64,000 nucleotides of DNA from the IMG/VR virus record IMGVR_UViG_3300035698_026482, positions 32,001-96,000 of that record, one strand, 5' to 3'. Source of the stretch: a virus. A program made the position numbers and the translations under genes. Each line of letters starts with the position of its first letter. The first letter of the stretch is position 1. Below, piece after piece: positions 40,236 to 50,092 of the stretch. Below the pieces are notes generated by a model that had not been told where the DNA came from, searched no databases, and saw nothing but the letters and a program-made list of their open reading frames with translations.

Positions 40236-40259
40236 TTGATATAACTATCCCCGAAGTTA

Positions 40260-40328
40260 TTACAGTTCGTTGATTAGCTTATCAAGCTCGTCGAGGGCAA
40301 TAGCGCTTGGCTTCTTAACGCTTTTCAT
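40260..40328 (-). CDS. possible 22-aa micro-ORF
   Basis: Hand-translated MKSVKKPSAIALDELDKLINEL*; starts 2 nt after the previous stop. Confidence 0.3.
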   Translation of the reverse strand: MKSVKKPSAIALDELDKLINEL

Positions 40329-40329
40329 T

Positions 40330-40887
40330 TTAATCACGCGTTGCCTGATAATTTACGCCTCGAGGCACCTTCCGGGCGATGTCATCAATTGCTGTTCCTG
40401 GCTCAAAGATTTGTGGCGCGTAGGTTAGCGTTGTTTCAGGCGCCATGGGTGGCTCGGGCTTTATCGGCTTAAACTCGAGTATTCGCGGTTCAACGTTCAT
40501 CCTACTTGAGAAATTCGCGAATCTCCAAAATGGACTCATTGCGACGCCGCCGCCTTCCATCGATTCAAATGGAAACTCGTGCTGCATTAATTCTGCATGT
40601 ATCCACACTCGCTTACAGTGTGCATGAAGATCCTGTGCGGGTAATTGGGCATCAATATTGACTATTTTTTCAATTAAATCAATTTCGATAGTTGCGTCAC
40701 CTACGAATAAAGTGAAGCCTAGCCCATCATTGAGCTTGTAATTTACTTCATGAATATCTGGTGCGGTCGACATGAGTTCTTTTTCTTGTTCATACATATC
40801 CAGCCACAATACTTTAGTGTCTCTCACGACGTCACGTATGTCTTCTAGTGAAGGGAAGTATGTACGTAATAATATACAATAAATCAA
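40330..40887 (-). CDS. hypothetical protein (internal FSSRM)
   Basis: 185-aa ORF, start uncertain. Confidence 0.6.
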   Translation of the reverse strand: MIYCILLRTYFPSLEDIRDVVRDTKVLWLDMYEQEKELMSTAPDIHEVNYKLNDGLGFTLFVGDATIEIDLIEKIVNIDAQLPAQDLHAHCKRVWIHAELMQHEFPFESMEGGGVAMSPFWRFANFSSRMNVEPRILEFKPIKPEPPMAPETTLTYAPQIFEPGTAIDDIARKVPRGVNYQATRD

Positions 40888-40890
40888 CAG

Positions 40891-40920
40891 AAATAAAAAA
40901 GGGACCCCGAAGGGTCCCTA
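40891..40920 (-). terminator. rho-independent terminator, UUCG tetraloop
   Basis: Minus strand GGGACCC-TTCG-GGGTCCC-TTTTTT. Confidence 0.9.
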
Positions 40921-40939
40921 ACGCTGTTGGGCTTGCGTC

Positions 40940-41308
40940 TTAAACTTTGATTACTTTGTTGATGATGCTTCTTACAGCTTCACGAATTACAGCTTCATCC
41001 ATGCTGGCGAGTCCTTCTTTATCCAAAAGCTCTTGAAACTTGATTAATCGTGTATTGCTGATCGTGGCTCGCCCAGTACCTGTTTTCTCCCAAAAAACAA
41101 ACTTTGAATTTGTCTGTGCAGGATCAACATCAAAAAAACGCTGCGATTTATGCCCGCTACGATTAAATTGAACTTCGACGGCCCAAGAACCCGGAAATAC
41201 ATCTGAGGGTTTCACAGCTCGTACGCGCATTATGCGATAGCCTGCGTGTTGGCCTGTTAACGCCTGCTCGCCCTTCCGCTTGGTTAGATAGTGGCCCTTG
41301 AGCTTCAT
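40940..41308 (-). CDS. hypothetical protein
   Basis: Probable start MKLKGHYL (track ORF begins at 41392); ends EAVIREAVRSIINKVIKV. Confidence 0.6.
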   Translation of the reverse strand: MKLKGHYLTKRKGEQALTGQHAGYRIMRVRAVKPSDVFPGSWAVEVQFNRSGHKSQRFFDVDPAQTNSKFVFWEKTGTGRATISNTRLIKFQELLDKEGLASMDEAVIREAVRSIINKVIKV

Positions 41309-41321
41309 ACGCTTAATTACG

Positions 41322-43109
41322 TTATGCCAATTCAAACTTGGCGACGCCGCAATCATAAATGCGAAAAAGCCCACGTGATAACGCAACGTCACGTTCTGTT
41401 AGTCCGTTCTTTTTGTCTGCTACACATCTTGATCGATGAAGTCGTTGACCACCGCCGTGTGTCCAAAAGAAACCGTATTTTGTCTCATCAAGCTTCTTGA
41501 ACCCAACGTTAACATATCCTGCACCTTCGCCATGTCTGAGATGCACATACGTCATCAATTTTGGCTTACTGGTGTATATGGCTTCGATCTTGGCACGTTT
41601 TATTAACTTGCCTAGCCCTCCTCGTACAGAGACATTTAATAGCGATGCAAATCGTTTAACTTCAAGATGATCTGGAAAGCGTTGGCCCTGTCTTGGCTTG
41701 CCTAGCGTCATAACCGATACTAGACAATGTTCCTCTGAAGTGAATAGACCAAAGCGCAGTGAACATGGCGTCGATCCGTCAAGATGATTGGTGTTTAAAA
41801 ATTCTTTAGCGATTTCTGTTGATATTGGCGCCACATAACATTTGCGCGCGTTTGCTTTTGCTAGTGGTTTGCCTAGTCGTCCTCTTATCATTGATTCAAC
41901 GATGTCACGCTTTTGTAACCACTCGTCTTCAAACACGTGAAATACGTTGATACCCGCATTTCTGCATTCGTCTAGTTTTGTTCGCATATAATCCTGGCCA
42001 CAACCGTTAGCTTCACAATGCCACCATAGTCCATTATATTCGACGCCAAAATTCATTGACGGTACCCATATATCAATTTCCTTACCACCTAGCACGGATC
42101 GATTATTGCGCTCAACATCAAATCCAAGCGATTCAATAAATGCGGCAACTTCTTCTTCACCAATTGATCTGCCCGTAGGATAACATTTTTGACATCGACC
42201 GATATCACGATCTAGATTCTCAAGCGTCACATCAAATTCAATTTGACATTGTTGACATCTTGTTTTTAGAGGCGTCTTGCGTGTTTCATATTCTTCGTAC
42301 GACGATAATACAACGTATTCTTGAGGTTTTCGCGTTGTTCTAATCGTGAATTCTTCTAGCGACAGGCGCTTGTAGTCAGCCATCTTCTTTTTGCTTTCGT
42401 CTGTATGACTCTTTCCGAAAAAGGGATTGCCAGTGTCGGCATATCGTTTTGATTGTTCGACAAGGTATTCGATACCGTCGCTTTTTGTCTTTCCGTTATA
42501 TGGATTTGCAATGGCGCCGCCTTTTTTGCCACCTTCGCTTTCGGCAACATGTGCGTGGTTCTTACAGTATTTCTTGAATTTGGTTACATCAAGCCGTGTA
42601 AACTCATTACATCCATCAAAATGACATACGGGCCTAACACCTCTATAATGATGCTTCGTGATATACCCGTCGAATTTCATGCCGTGTGTGTTACCTAGAT
42701 GTACAGATAGAGGATGGTGTCCCACAAATCCATCACACCCGCATTCTTTACATGTTATATTTTCAATTGCCAAAGTCTGCTGACGGCGCCTGTGCTGGGT
42801 GGCCGACTTTTTTGTTCTACGATTATGTCCAGCAGCAAATGCTGCGTAATGTCCACCTGGATTCCATCTGGTAAACGCTGCATTATTCACATCCATAATG
42901 CACTTGGGACATGCGCAGCCAGGTATCTTACCACCAAAAATGATATTGCGATGATATTGCTCCCGCTTTATTCCGTCATGAAGTGAGCGCAAATGATCTG
43001 CTAGTGTCTTGCCGTATTTTCCATTTTTTGCAGGTGGAATGCTTTCACTGCACAAATGACATCTTGATTCGAATTCATCGCCAAAGTTATCATATGCAGG
43101 ATGTTTCAT
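41322..43109 (-). mobile_element. free-standing Hef-like homing endonuclease gene
   Basis: Two C2H2-like fingers, NUMOD3-like NPFFGKSHTDESKKK, EIDIWVP..GVEYNGLWWH, HVFEDEW, TYVHLRHGEGAGY..VGF. Confidence 0.75.
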
Positions 43110-43254
43110 GATTATATTATATTGTTAATTAACATGGATGTATCAATAACGACGAAAATAATATGGTTACATATAGAAGACAAATGACTCTTTGCGGAAG
43201 GCAAATGAGACCAAAATGCTATGAATTGTCAACTATCGATGTCTAAATTTAGGC

Positions 43255-43283
43255 AAATAAAAAGGGACCCCGAAGGGTCCCTA
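43255..43283 (-). terminator. rho-independent terminator after major capsid gene
   Basis: Minus strand GGGACCC-TTCG-GGGTCCC-TTTTT; hairpin identical to the one at 40901-40918. Confidence 0.9.
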
Positions 43284-43311
43284 GTTAATCTAAGTTGTTG
43301 TAATCGTTAAC

Positions 43312-45210
43312 TTAGATGACGTTGAGGTCCATGACGTTAACAACGCCGTAGAAGTCAGAACGTACCATTTGCTTGCCGTAGCGAGTCATAACACCTTTGC
43401 GCGGTGTGAAATCGTCCGGGCCGTAAATGGTTGGCGTGACGATAAGTGGCACGTACGGAGCGTACACGTAGCCTGTCTCAAGGTAGCTGCCACCCTTGTA
43501 ACCGATAAGAATACGGTTGCGCGGGAAGAAGGGATCCTTGTACACAGTGAAACGGTTGGAAACCGTGCCAATTGCCTCTGCGCCAATCACGAAAGGAGCA
43601 GCTGCTTGACCCGAGCCATCAAACTTAATGGATGGCTTGTACATCACCGAGCTCTCCAGAATCGTGCAAACGTCCGGTGAGGTGACAAGGAAGTTCGCAG
43701 AACCTCTCAATGTCTTACGATGAATCTCATTGGCTGCATCGATGATGGTCTCAATCAAGACACCATACCACTCTGCCACGTTGCCCGTGAAGCTTGGTCC
43801 TGTCGAAAGGGTGTTTGCGAGATTCTGAACGTTACCGTTCGTCTTATCAACAAATACGCCTGGCTTACGTGACCAGTAACGGATTGCTCCATTAGCTTGT
43901 CGGACAAGATCACCAAGAACTTCGCGGTCGATCTCAAGAGCGATCTGTTGCGAGAGGATCTGGGTAAGCTCAACCTCTGCGTCCAGCGAGTGGTACGCGT
44001 TGAGGTCCTGAGCAAGCTCAGGGGTCCAACGGGCACGTAGCTTACGGGAATCAGCTGTTACAGGAATAGCTTCAATCTTGATATCGATCTCTGGGATAAC
44101 AGCCGAAGGCGGGTTACCGAAATCAGACTCGAATGATGGGATGGTCAAAGACGTTCCATCATTGGAGTTAACATCAAACGAATCGCGAAGCATGGTGCTT
44201 AACTTGGAGGTACCTTCAGCTGGGACAGGTAGCGCACCACCATTTGCCAGACGAAGAACAAGTTGAACGTGCGTGCCGTTCTCTGCATTCTCAGTGAAGT
44301 TGACACCGTCGAAATCACCGCGCTTGTTAAGGCGACGGAGGTTTAGGACGCCACGACCATCTTGATAGCTTGAACCCCAAGCCAATGCAGACCCATTGGA
44401 TCCAAGATCGGTCAATGTTACTTGGCTGATTGCTGATCCACGAAGGTCAGCGCTTGGGATTGCTGCTGTCAACGCCGATGCTGACACATGCACGAATGCA
44501 ACGTCAAAGGTACCAACCTCAAGTGCTGTCACAAGATCAGCATCGAAGTACAAGTGGCGACCATTGGAGCCCGTTGCTCCGACTGCATCCGTAAGTGCTG
44601 AGCCCGAAAGCCAAGCGCCATTAGTTCCACCGAAGTGACCGACATCGTTGTTCAACGTAAACGCCGAACCAGAGTGGACCTTGGTGTAACCAATACCTGC
44701 ATGATCATACATGCCGCCGGCTGCAAGGGAGCCAGATTGAACTCCCTTACCTGTTGGTTGACCATAAATGGATGAACCAGCAGCGTACGTTGCGTCTGTT
44801 CCTGCAGTTGCAGTTGCATCAGGACCATAATCACCACCGACATTACTGCCGTAAGTGTAATCCAGATAGAAAAGCAAGCCAGAGGGAAGACTCATTGGTT
44901 GAATCGAAACCAGTTCATTGGCGACGAGGCCACCGAAAACCTTACGGACAATCGGGAAAGCGATATTAGAGAAACCGCGAATCTGACCACTCGATGTGAG
45001 TGCACCACCGCCTGTCGAAAGAGCATTGCTCTCTCTAAGGACTTGCGCCATCTGGTTTTCCAGAAGGCGAGCCATGGTTGATCGCTTACGCGATGAAAGG
45101 TTCTTAAGGAGGCCTGTGCGACCCCATTTCTCGACGAGACGTGAATCTTCGTCGGCGACGTTACGCTCGCGAATACCTTCGGCGAGCTGTGATAGTGAAA
45201 ACTTACGCAT
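43312..45210 (-). CDS. gp23: major capsid protein (T4 gp23-like)
   Basis: RLVEKWGRTGLL, FPIVRKVF..LVANELVSIQPMSLPSGLLFY, SRKLRARWTPELAQDLNAYH, YVYAPYVPL, PRKGVMTRYG. Confidence 0.97.
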   Translation of the reverse strand: MRKFSLSQLAEGIRERNVADEDSRLVEKWGRTGLLKNLSSRKRSTMARLLENQMAQVLRESNALSTGGGALTSSGQIRGFSNIAFPIVRKVFGGLVANELVSIQPMSLPSGLLFYLDYTYGSNVGGDYGPDATATAGTDATYAAGSSIYGQPTGKGVQSGSLAAGGMYDHAGIGYTKVHSGSAFTLNNDVGHFGGTNGAWLSGSALTDAVGATGSNGRHLYFDADLVTALEVGTFDVAFVHVSASALTAAIPSADLRGSAISQVTLTDLGSNGSALAWGSSYQDGRGVLNLRRLNKRGDFDGVNFTENAENGTHVQLVLRLANGGALPVPAEGTSKLSTMLRDSFDVNSNDGTSLTIPSFESDFGNPPSAVIPEIDIKIEAIPVTADSRKLRARWTPELAQDLNAYHSLDAEVELTQILSQQIALEIDREVLGDLVRQANGAIRYWSRKPGVFVDKTNGNVQNLANTLSTGPSFTGNVAEWYGVLIETIIDAANEIHRKTLRGSANFLVTSPDVCTILESSVMYKPSIKFDGSGQAAAPFVIGAEAIGTVSNRFTVYKDPFFPRNRILIGYKGGSYLETGYVYAPYVPLIVTPTIYGPDDFTPRKGVMTRYGKQMVRSDFYGVVNVMDLNVI

Positions 45211-45230
45211 GTTCGTTTTTTCCTTGCAAA

Positions 45231-45237
45231 TAAATAG
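45231..45237 (-). promoter_or_regulatory. putative late promoter motif (CTATTTA) upstream of capsid gene
   Basis: 20 nt before the ATG, with an AAGGA Shine-Dalgarno between. Confidence 0.45.
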
Positions 45238-45264
45238 TGTGTTAGTAGTGCAAAATGCTCAAAA

Positions 45265-47454
45265 TTAATCAGCTAAGCCGGCATGCCTCTTCCAGAGGTC
45301 CAGATCAATTGATTCGCTTAGTAACGGAGAACTTCCGTCACTGGACTGTACTGTGCCAGCTTTATCAAGGCGTCCTCTAGAGGCGCCACCAGATGTGCTG
45401 ACCTGAGATGCTGAACCGATTGGGCGATGACGTCCTTCGGATAGCCTACGTGACTTACGTTTAAGCGAACGTGTCAGGTTACGGTACAGGAGCTGTGCTT
45501 CTCTAAGATTTCTCGCTTCGTCGATGGCGTCAGTGATTCGCTCTTTTTGTGAACGAGACAATTCTTCCATCGTGAGAATCCTATTAGTATAAAGAAGCTT
45601 GGCTGCAAGAAGACTTGATTCTGCTTGCTTTTGCTTACTTTCGACCAAACTACGTCGAAGTGTTGCCACCTCGCGTGCAGTTGGGCCAGCTGTTGGGCGT
45701 GTACAACGACCTTCAGCGACTCTGTTTTGTGTTCTACGTGATCGAGCTCTTGCTCGCATCCGTGCACGCGCTTCATCGATTACGTCTGTGTCAGATGAGT
45801 CAGTAAATGCCTCACCCTCCTCGTCTGCATCGCCAAAGTCTTTTACGCCCTTGCCTGGGCCAGGTGTTGGTGTCTTATGATATCCGGTATCCATTTCGCG
45901 AAGCTTAGAGCTTCGACCGCCACGAACTGCGTTACGAACTGCTTCGGCAACGTCTTCCATGTCGATATCGACGACGTCATCATCATCTTCGCCAAATTCG
46001 CCACCCATGTCAAATTCTTCGTCATCAACGATTTCAATTGAAACAGAGCCAGCCTCTAGCGCGCTAACAACCTTATCTAATGCTGATGCAGCCTCTGATT
46101 CGGATTCTTCTGCAACATCGAAATCAAGTTCATCGCCACCATCTTCGCCACCGTCATCATCACCATCATCGAGATCACCGAGGTCTACATCTGATTCGCC
46201 CTCGTCTTCATCATCATCTTCGAATAGGCGACTTAGTTGACGGGCGATCGTAGTCTCTTCGACCATTTCATCATCCATGTCATCGCCCATACCACCTGCA
46301 TCGTCAGCATCATAGTCGAATTCGTTACCTTCATCCTCATCGTCAAGAAGAGAATCAAGGTCATCATCGCCGCCTAGGTCATCATCACCTAATGCAGATT
46401 TAAGATCCTGTGCATCCTCATCTTCGTCAAAAGAAAGTCTAAGAAGTACGTCTTCCGTCTCCTGTAGTTTGCCACGGCGCTTAGTAGTCATATTATTGAT
46501 CTCCTTCATCAGAGTCGACATCCTGGTTTTAAGTTTCCTGGCATCGCCAGGATTTGTACGATCGACAACGGCTTCCAGGACGCGACCCAAGCCTTCGATC
46601 TTAGTTGAAAGAACTTTACCTCTTTTGATTCGTGAGGACTCACTAAGTCTTTTAAGAGATTTTGCATTGCGTTCGTAAGCTGAAACTTGGCGGGCGATTC
46701 TGTTACAAACAGCGACGCCTAGTGCTTCATTAACTGTACCGTAAGTACACTCGAGCTTTGAACAAAGCCCTTCACGAATAGATTTTTCAATTTTCGCGTT
46801 GCCCTTAAGCATCATGTAAGACTCATTAATGAAACTTGCAAGGATTGTTAATCCAGCAACATTTGATCGACTAATGTTCTTTTTATTCGATGTTAGGGTT
46901 TCCGATAATTTTTTAAAGGCGCCTGTAAGCTTACTATAAGCGGCTGCCTTATCTTCAATGGCTTCGGCGATTTTCATCACATTACGAAGCTTATCAAGCG
47001 ATTCTTTAACGTCGGCGTCGGTTAAATCGTCGATAACGCCGTCGGGCGATGGAACCTGTACGTCTGCAGATTCAGGATCGATTTCTTCGACATCATCCTC
47101 TTCGGGAACGACAACATCGTCTAGATCCAGCGTCCAGGTGCCATCAGTATTCATGCTGATACCGCCAGCATCACCTACATCATTACCTGCAGCTTCATCT
47201 TCTATACCTGCCGCTACATCAGCAGCGACGTCGTCTTGACCATCAAGTGCCTGGGCGGCGTCATCGGATGCCATTTCAATATCCGTAAGAATATTTTCAT
47301 CGTCATCGCCGTCGTCATCTTCGAGCAAGGCTTGCTCGATATAACGCTCAACTTTAGGGGCAAACTGCTCCATAATTTGGCGATGTGCATCTTCACGCGC
47401 CTTTTGTCGAAGTCGCTTAGCATCGGCGACGGCCTCTTCATAAATGTTTGACAT
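45265..47454 (-). CDS. prohead core scaffold protein (T4 gp22-like)
   Basis: Directly upstream of the capsid gene; EEAVADAKRLR, LLAAKLLYTN; long acidic linkers and many LxE sites. Confidence 0.8.
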   Translation of the reverse strand: MSNIYEEAVADAKRLRQKAREDAHRQIMEQFAPKVERYIEQALLEDDDGDDDENILTDIEMASDDAAQALDGQDDVAADVAAGIEDEAAGNDVGDAGGISMNTDGTWTLDLDDVVVPEEDDVEEIDPESADVQVPSPDGVIDDLTDADVKESLDKLRNVMKIAEAIEDKAAAYSKLTGAFKKLSETLTSNKKNISRSNVAGLTILASFINESYMMLKGNAKIEKSIREGLCSKLECTYGTVNEALGVAVCNRIARQVSAYERNAKSLKRLSESSRIKRGKVLSTKIEGLGRVLEAVVDRTNPGDARKLKTRMSTLMKEINNMTTKRRGKLQETEDVLLRLSFDEDEDAQDLKSALGDDDLGGDDDLDSLLDDEDEGNEFDYDADDAGGMGDDMDDEMVEETTIARQLSRLFEDDDEDEGESDVDLGDLDDGDDDGGEDGGDELDFDVAEESESEAASALDKVVSALEAGSVSIEIVDDEEFDMGGEFGEDDDDVVDIDMEDVAEAVRNAVRGGRSSKLREMDTGYHKTPTPGPGKGVKDFGDADEEGEAFTDSSDTDVIDEARARMRARARSRRTQNRVAEGRCTRPTAGPTAREVATLRRSLVESKQKQAESSLLAAKLLYTNRILTMEELSRSQKERITDAIDEARNLREAQLLYRNLTRSLKRKSRRLSEGRHRPIGSASQVSTSGGASRGRLDKAGTVQSSDGSSPLLSESIDLDLWKRHAGLAD

Positions 47455-47740
47455 ATGTGTGAGTCTCCCTATTTTGGGTGCCGACGATAACTATTGTTAG
47501 CATTGTGAAACTTTTCAGTCATCGCGGCGCTTATGTTTTGTCATAGTGTACTTTCGATGCATTTGAACAAGCTTATGTTTATATGCATATGTGATAATTT
47601 TCTTTGCACGCACCAATTTTAAGGTGCAATTATTGGCGATACGATCGGTGCAATTATGCAGCCTAATACATCGTGTGGCTAACTGAGGTACATATCGGGA
47701 TGAGCGCAATGACAGCTGTCTGTTTGCTATCATTTCCATG

Positions 47741-48322
47741 CTATCCCTCCAAGACCTGTCTAATGAATTGTCTAAGAACAGCTTCTTCAATGCCATAATG
47801 GCGAGCAGACAATTGGTCAAATTCTTTTTCTTCGTCGTCATCAATAATATCAAGATATCGATAATTGTCAGAATTTGCTTTTTTCGGCGGCTTATTCCAC
47901 TGCGGCGCACGCGACCAGCCGTACATTGTACCAGACCCAAATTCAGATGATTTAGGTCTCATTCTAATTTCAGATTCAGCGAATACAGGCACGCTTGGAA
48001 ATCCATTGGAGCTTGTATATGTCCGTAGATCTTTAACGCCTTTCGTATTAGAATTTTTTGAAAGTCTAGACTTCGAAATTCTCATTGACATATCGACGTC
48101 ATCGGGATCACCAGCCTCATCCTCTTCGTCATCCTCATACCCAGTTGATGCTAAATCATCCATATACGGAAACCCCTCAGGATATCCGCGCATTTGATTT
48201 AGCGAACTGTTTCCAGTTGAAGACGCATATCCATGCCCCTGTCTTCCATCAGCTCTTCCTGCACCAGCGGCGCCTGCCCCTTGAGCAAGGCCAGCAAATT
48301 CAGTAAGTTTTTTACGTCTCAT
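47741..48322 (-). CDS. hypothetical head-associated protein
   Basis: Probable start MRRKKLTE (track 48349); ends EEAVLRQFIRQVLEG. Confidence 0.6.
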   Translation of the reverse strand: MRRKKLTEFAGLAQGAGAAGAGRADGRQGHGYASSTGNSSLNQMRGYPEGFPYMDDLASTGYEDDEEDEAGDPDDVDMSMRISKSRLSKNSNTKGVKDLRTYTSSNGFPSVPVFAESEIRMRPKSSEFGSGTMYGWSRAPQWNKPPKKANSDNYRYLDIIDDDEEKEFDQLSARHYGIEEAVLRQFIRQVLEG

Positions 48323-48385
48323 GCGTTGTGTACTAATAAGGGGATGCATTTACACGCATCCCCTCGTTAGAGTGAAATTAAATCA

Positions 48386-48772
48386 TCAAGTTGACGATTT
48401 GCCGAAAATGTAGTCACCAATTTTGTGTTTTGAAATTACCGTTGTAGATTCAGCTGGCGACGTAGTGGAGCCTGCACCAGACGATTTAGCCGCAGGGCCT
48501 TCAGTGATATCTTGCGGATTAGTAGTTCCGCCTGCGGGCCACCCACGATCTGGAACAAACTTTTCAATCTCTGGGGCATCCGAGAAATCCATTGAAATTG
48601 CCCCTAGGTCTGGATTGCCAGATTGAACACCGTCGATAACGGATTGCTGTAATGCTAAAGCAGTCGCAGGATCATACCCAACAAGCGTGGTTGCAAATTG
48701 TAGTTGCAAATTACCATGGCCTGCTGTGCCTAATCCGTACTGTGTCTTTTTTTCAACTTCTGTAGTTGCCAT
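48386..48772 (-). CDS. hypothetical protein
   Basis: ATG 48772 with GAGGA SD and ATATTTA motif. Confidence 0.7.
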   Translation of the reverse strand: MATTEVEKKTQYGLGTAGHGNLQLQFATTLVGYDPATALALQQSVIDGVQSGNPDLGAISMDFSDAPEIEKFVPDRGWPAGGTTNPQDITEGPAAKSSGAGSTTSPAESTTVISKHKIGDYIFGKSST

Positions 48773-48808
48773 TATCAATCCTCACTAGGTAAATATGCTA
48801 AACTTATT

Positions 48809-49135
48809 TTAGCGACGGCGACGACGAGTTGCTGGACGCCTGCGTGCTGCTTCGTCTAGGCGGATTTCTTCGGAACGAATAGCGCGACGGCATTCGCGAA
48901 GGCGACGGGAAAGTCGAGCTGCTTCGACGCGTAGGCGACGAATTCGTGCTTCTTTTTTCACGCCCTGAGCGGCAAGTTGATCAACATCTTTAACGCCTGT
49001 TTCCTCTTCCCAAGGCTCTTCCTTGGCGTTGACGTCTTCAGCCTGACCGGTCGCAAGGCCTTCGGCCTCCTCCTTGATCATCCTACGAAGTTGTTGCATA
49101 GAAAGGGTGCGAACTGTTTGTCCGGATTTTTTCAT
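48809..49135 (-). CDS. IIREE-like leader protein, Arg-rich tail
   Basis: LSMQQLRRMIKEEAE; C-terminal RRRPATRRRRR. Confidence 0.7.
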   Translation of the reverse strand: MKKSGQTVRTLSMQQLRRMIKEEAEGLATGQAEDVNAKEEPWEEETGVKDVDQLAAQGVKKEARIRRLRVEAARLSRRLRECRRAIRSEEIRLDEAARRRPATRRRRR

Positions 49136-49230
49136 TGTAATTCCTCTAAAAGGGCACGTTGTTGCCGCGCCTACAGATGCTACTTATCACGCTCAAATGC
49201 GTTCTGTCGCTTTGATAATAATTTTCTATC

Positions 49231-50052
49231 TTATAGACCATTATTCATTTCTGCAGCAAGGGCAGCAAGCGTAGGATCTATATTGGTCGATGTAACCTGC
49301 GTGGGCATATCCAGATGGCCACTCATATCACCAATACCGAGCATTGCTAAATCATCTGGCACTGCAGGTAATGATTGTTCGCGTGATCTGGTTGGTGGTC
49401 CACCCGCGTTCATATGTTGAAATTGTTTTGCCAGTTGGCTCGGACTTGGTGCTGCCCCATCGCTAAAAACAGCTTGTGCCGGCGGGGCCAGTTGTGACTG
49501 TCTATGCGTGGTAGGCTGTGGAGGCGCAGCTTGACCATTCATGGCTGCAGCCTCAAGTTGCCGAATATAAGCTTGTTGTTGCGCATGAATCGCACCTGGG
49601 CTTTGGGTAGGTGCAGCGTGTTGTGCCTGCTGCATTTGGGCCAGACGCGTCAGCGGACCCTCTTCGGTAGACATGCTATTAATTGTTGCCCAGCTCGTTA
49701 AGCCCTTTTCGGGCATATTACTGGTATTACCTGCCGGTTGGGATTGAAGAGTCGTATTCAGTGTGTCAGTAGCGAGCGATTCCCATAAATCACCTGGTCC
49801 TGCAAGATCATGTCCACTTGATTGCTGGTGATCGGCGCGCTGCAATGCTGGAACATTTGTTCCGCGAGGGCGTCTCGTCTGTCTGGTCGGCGTAGACGCC
49901 GTAGCACGCTTAGTTGACTTGTTTTTTGATCGCATGGTCAACTCGACCAAGCTTTCCCTTACGAGTGCCTTCATAAGACGCGGATCATCATCATATAGTT
50001 CAATAATGCACTCTTTGATGAGTGACTTGAGCATAGATTTATTAAGCTTCAT
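49231..50052 (-). CDS. IIREE-like leader protein, Q/P/A-rich
   Basis: MKLNKSMLKSLIKECIIE...LVRESLVE. Confidence 0.7.
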   Translation of the reverse strand: MKLNKSMLKSLIKECIIELYDDDPRLMKALVRESLVELTMRSKNKSTKRATASTPTRQTRRPRGTNVPALQRADHQQSSGHDLAGPGDLWESLATDTLNTTLQSQPAGNTSNMPEKGLTSWATINSMSTEEGPLTRLAQMQQAQHAAPTQSPGAIHAQQQAYIRQLEAAAMNGQAAPPQPTTHRQSQLAPPAQAVFSDGAAPSPSQLAKQFQHMNAGGPPTRSREQSLPAVPDDLAMLGIGDMSGHLDMPTQVTSTNIDPTLAALAAEMNNGL

Positions 50053-50092
50053 TTATAGTTCCTCGTGACGATATAATGCCTAATCAGCCCAA

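Noticed and set aside
47515-47940. 141-aa ORF between the scaffold and the 47741 gene
   Set aside because: It overlaps the 47741 gene by about 200 nt in another frame and has atypical composition; at most a 74-aa tail from ATG 47739 could be real
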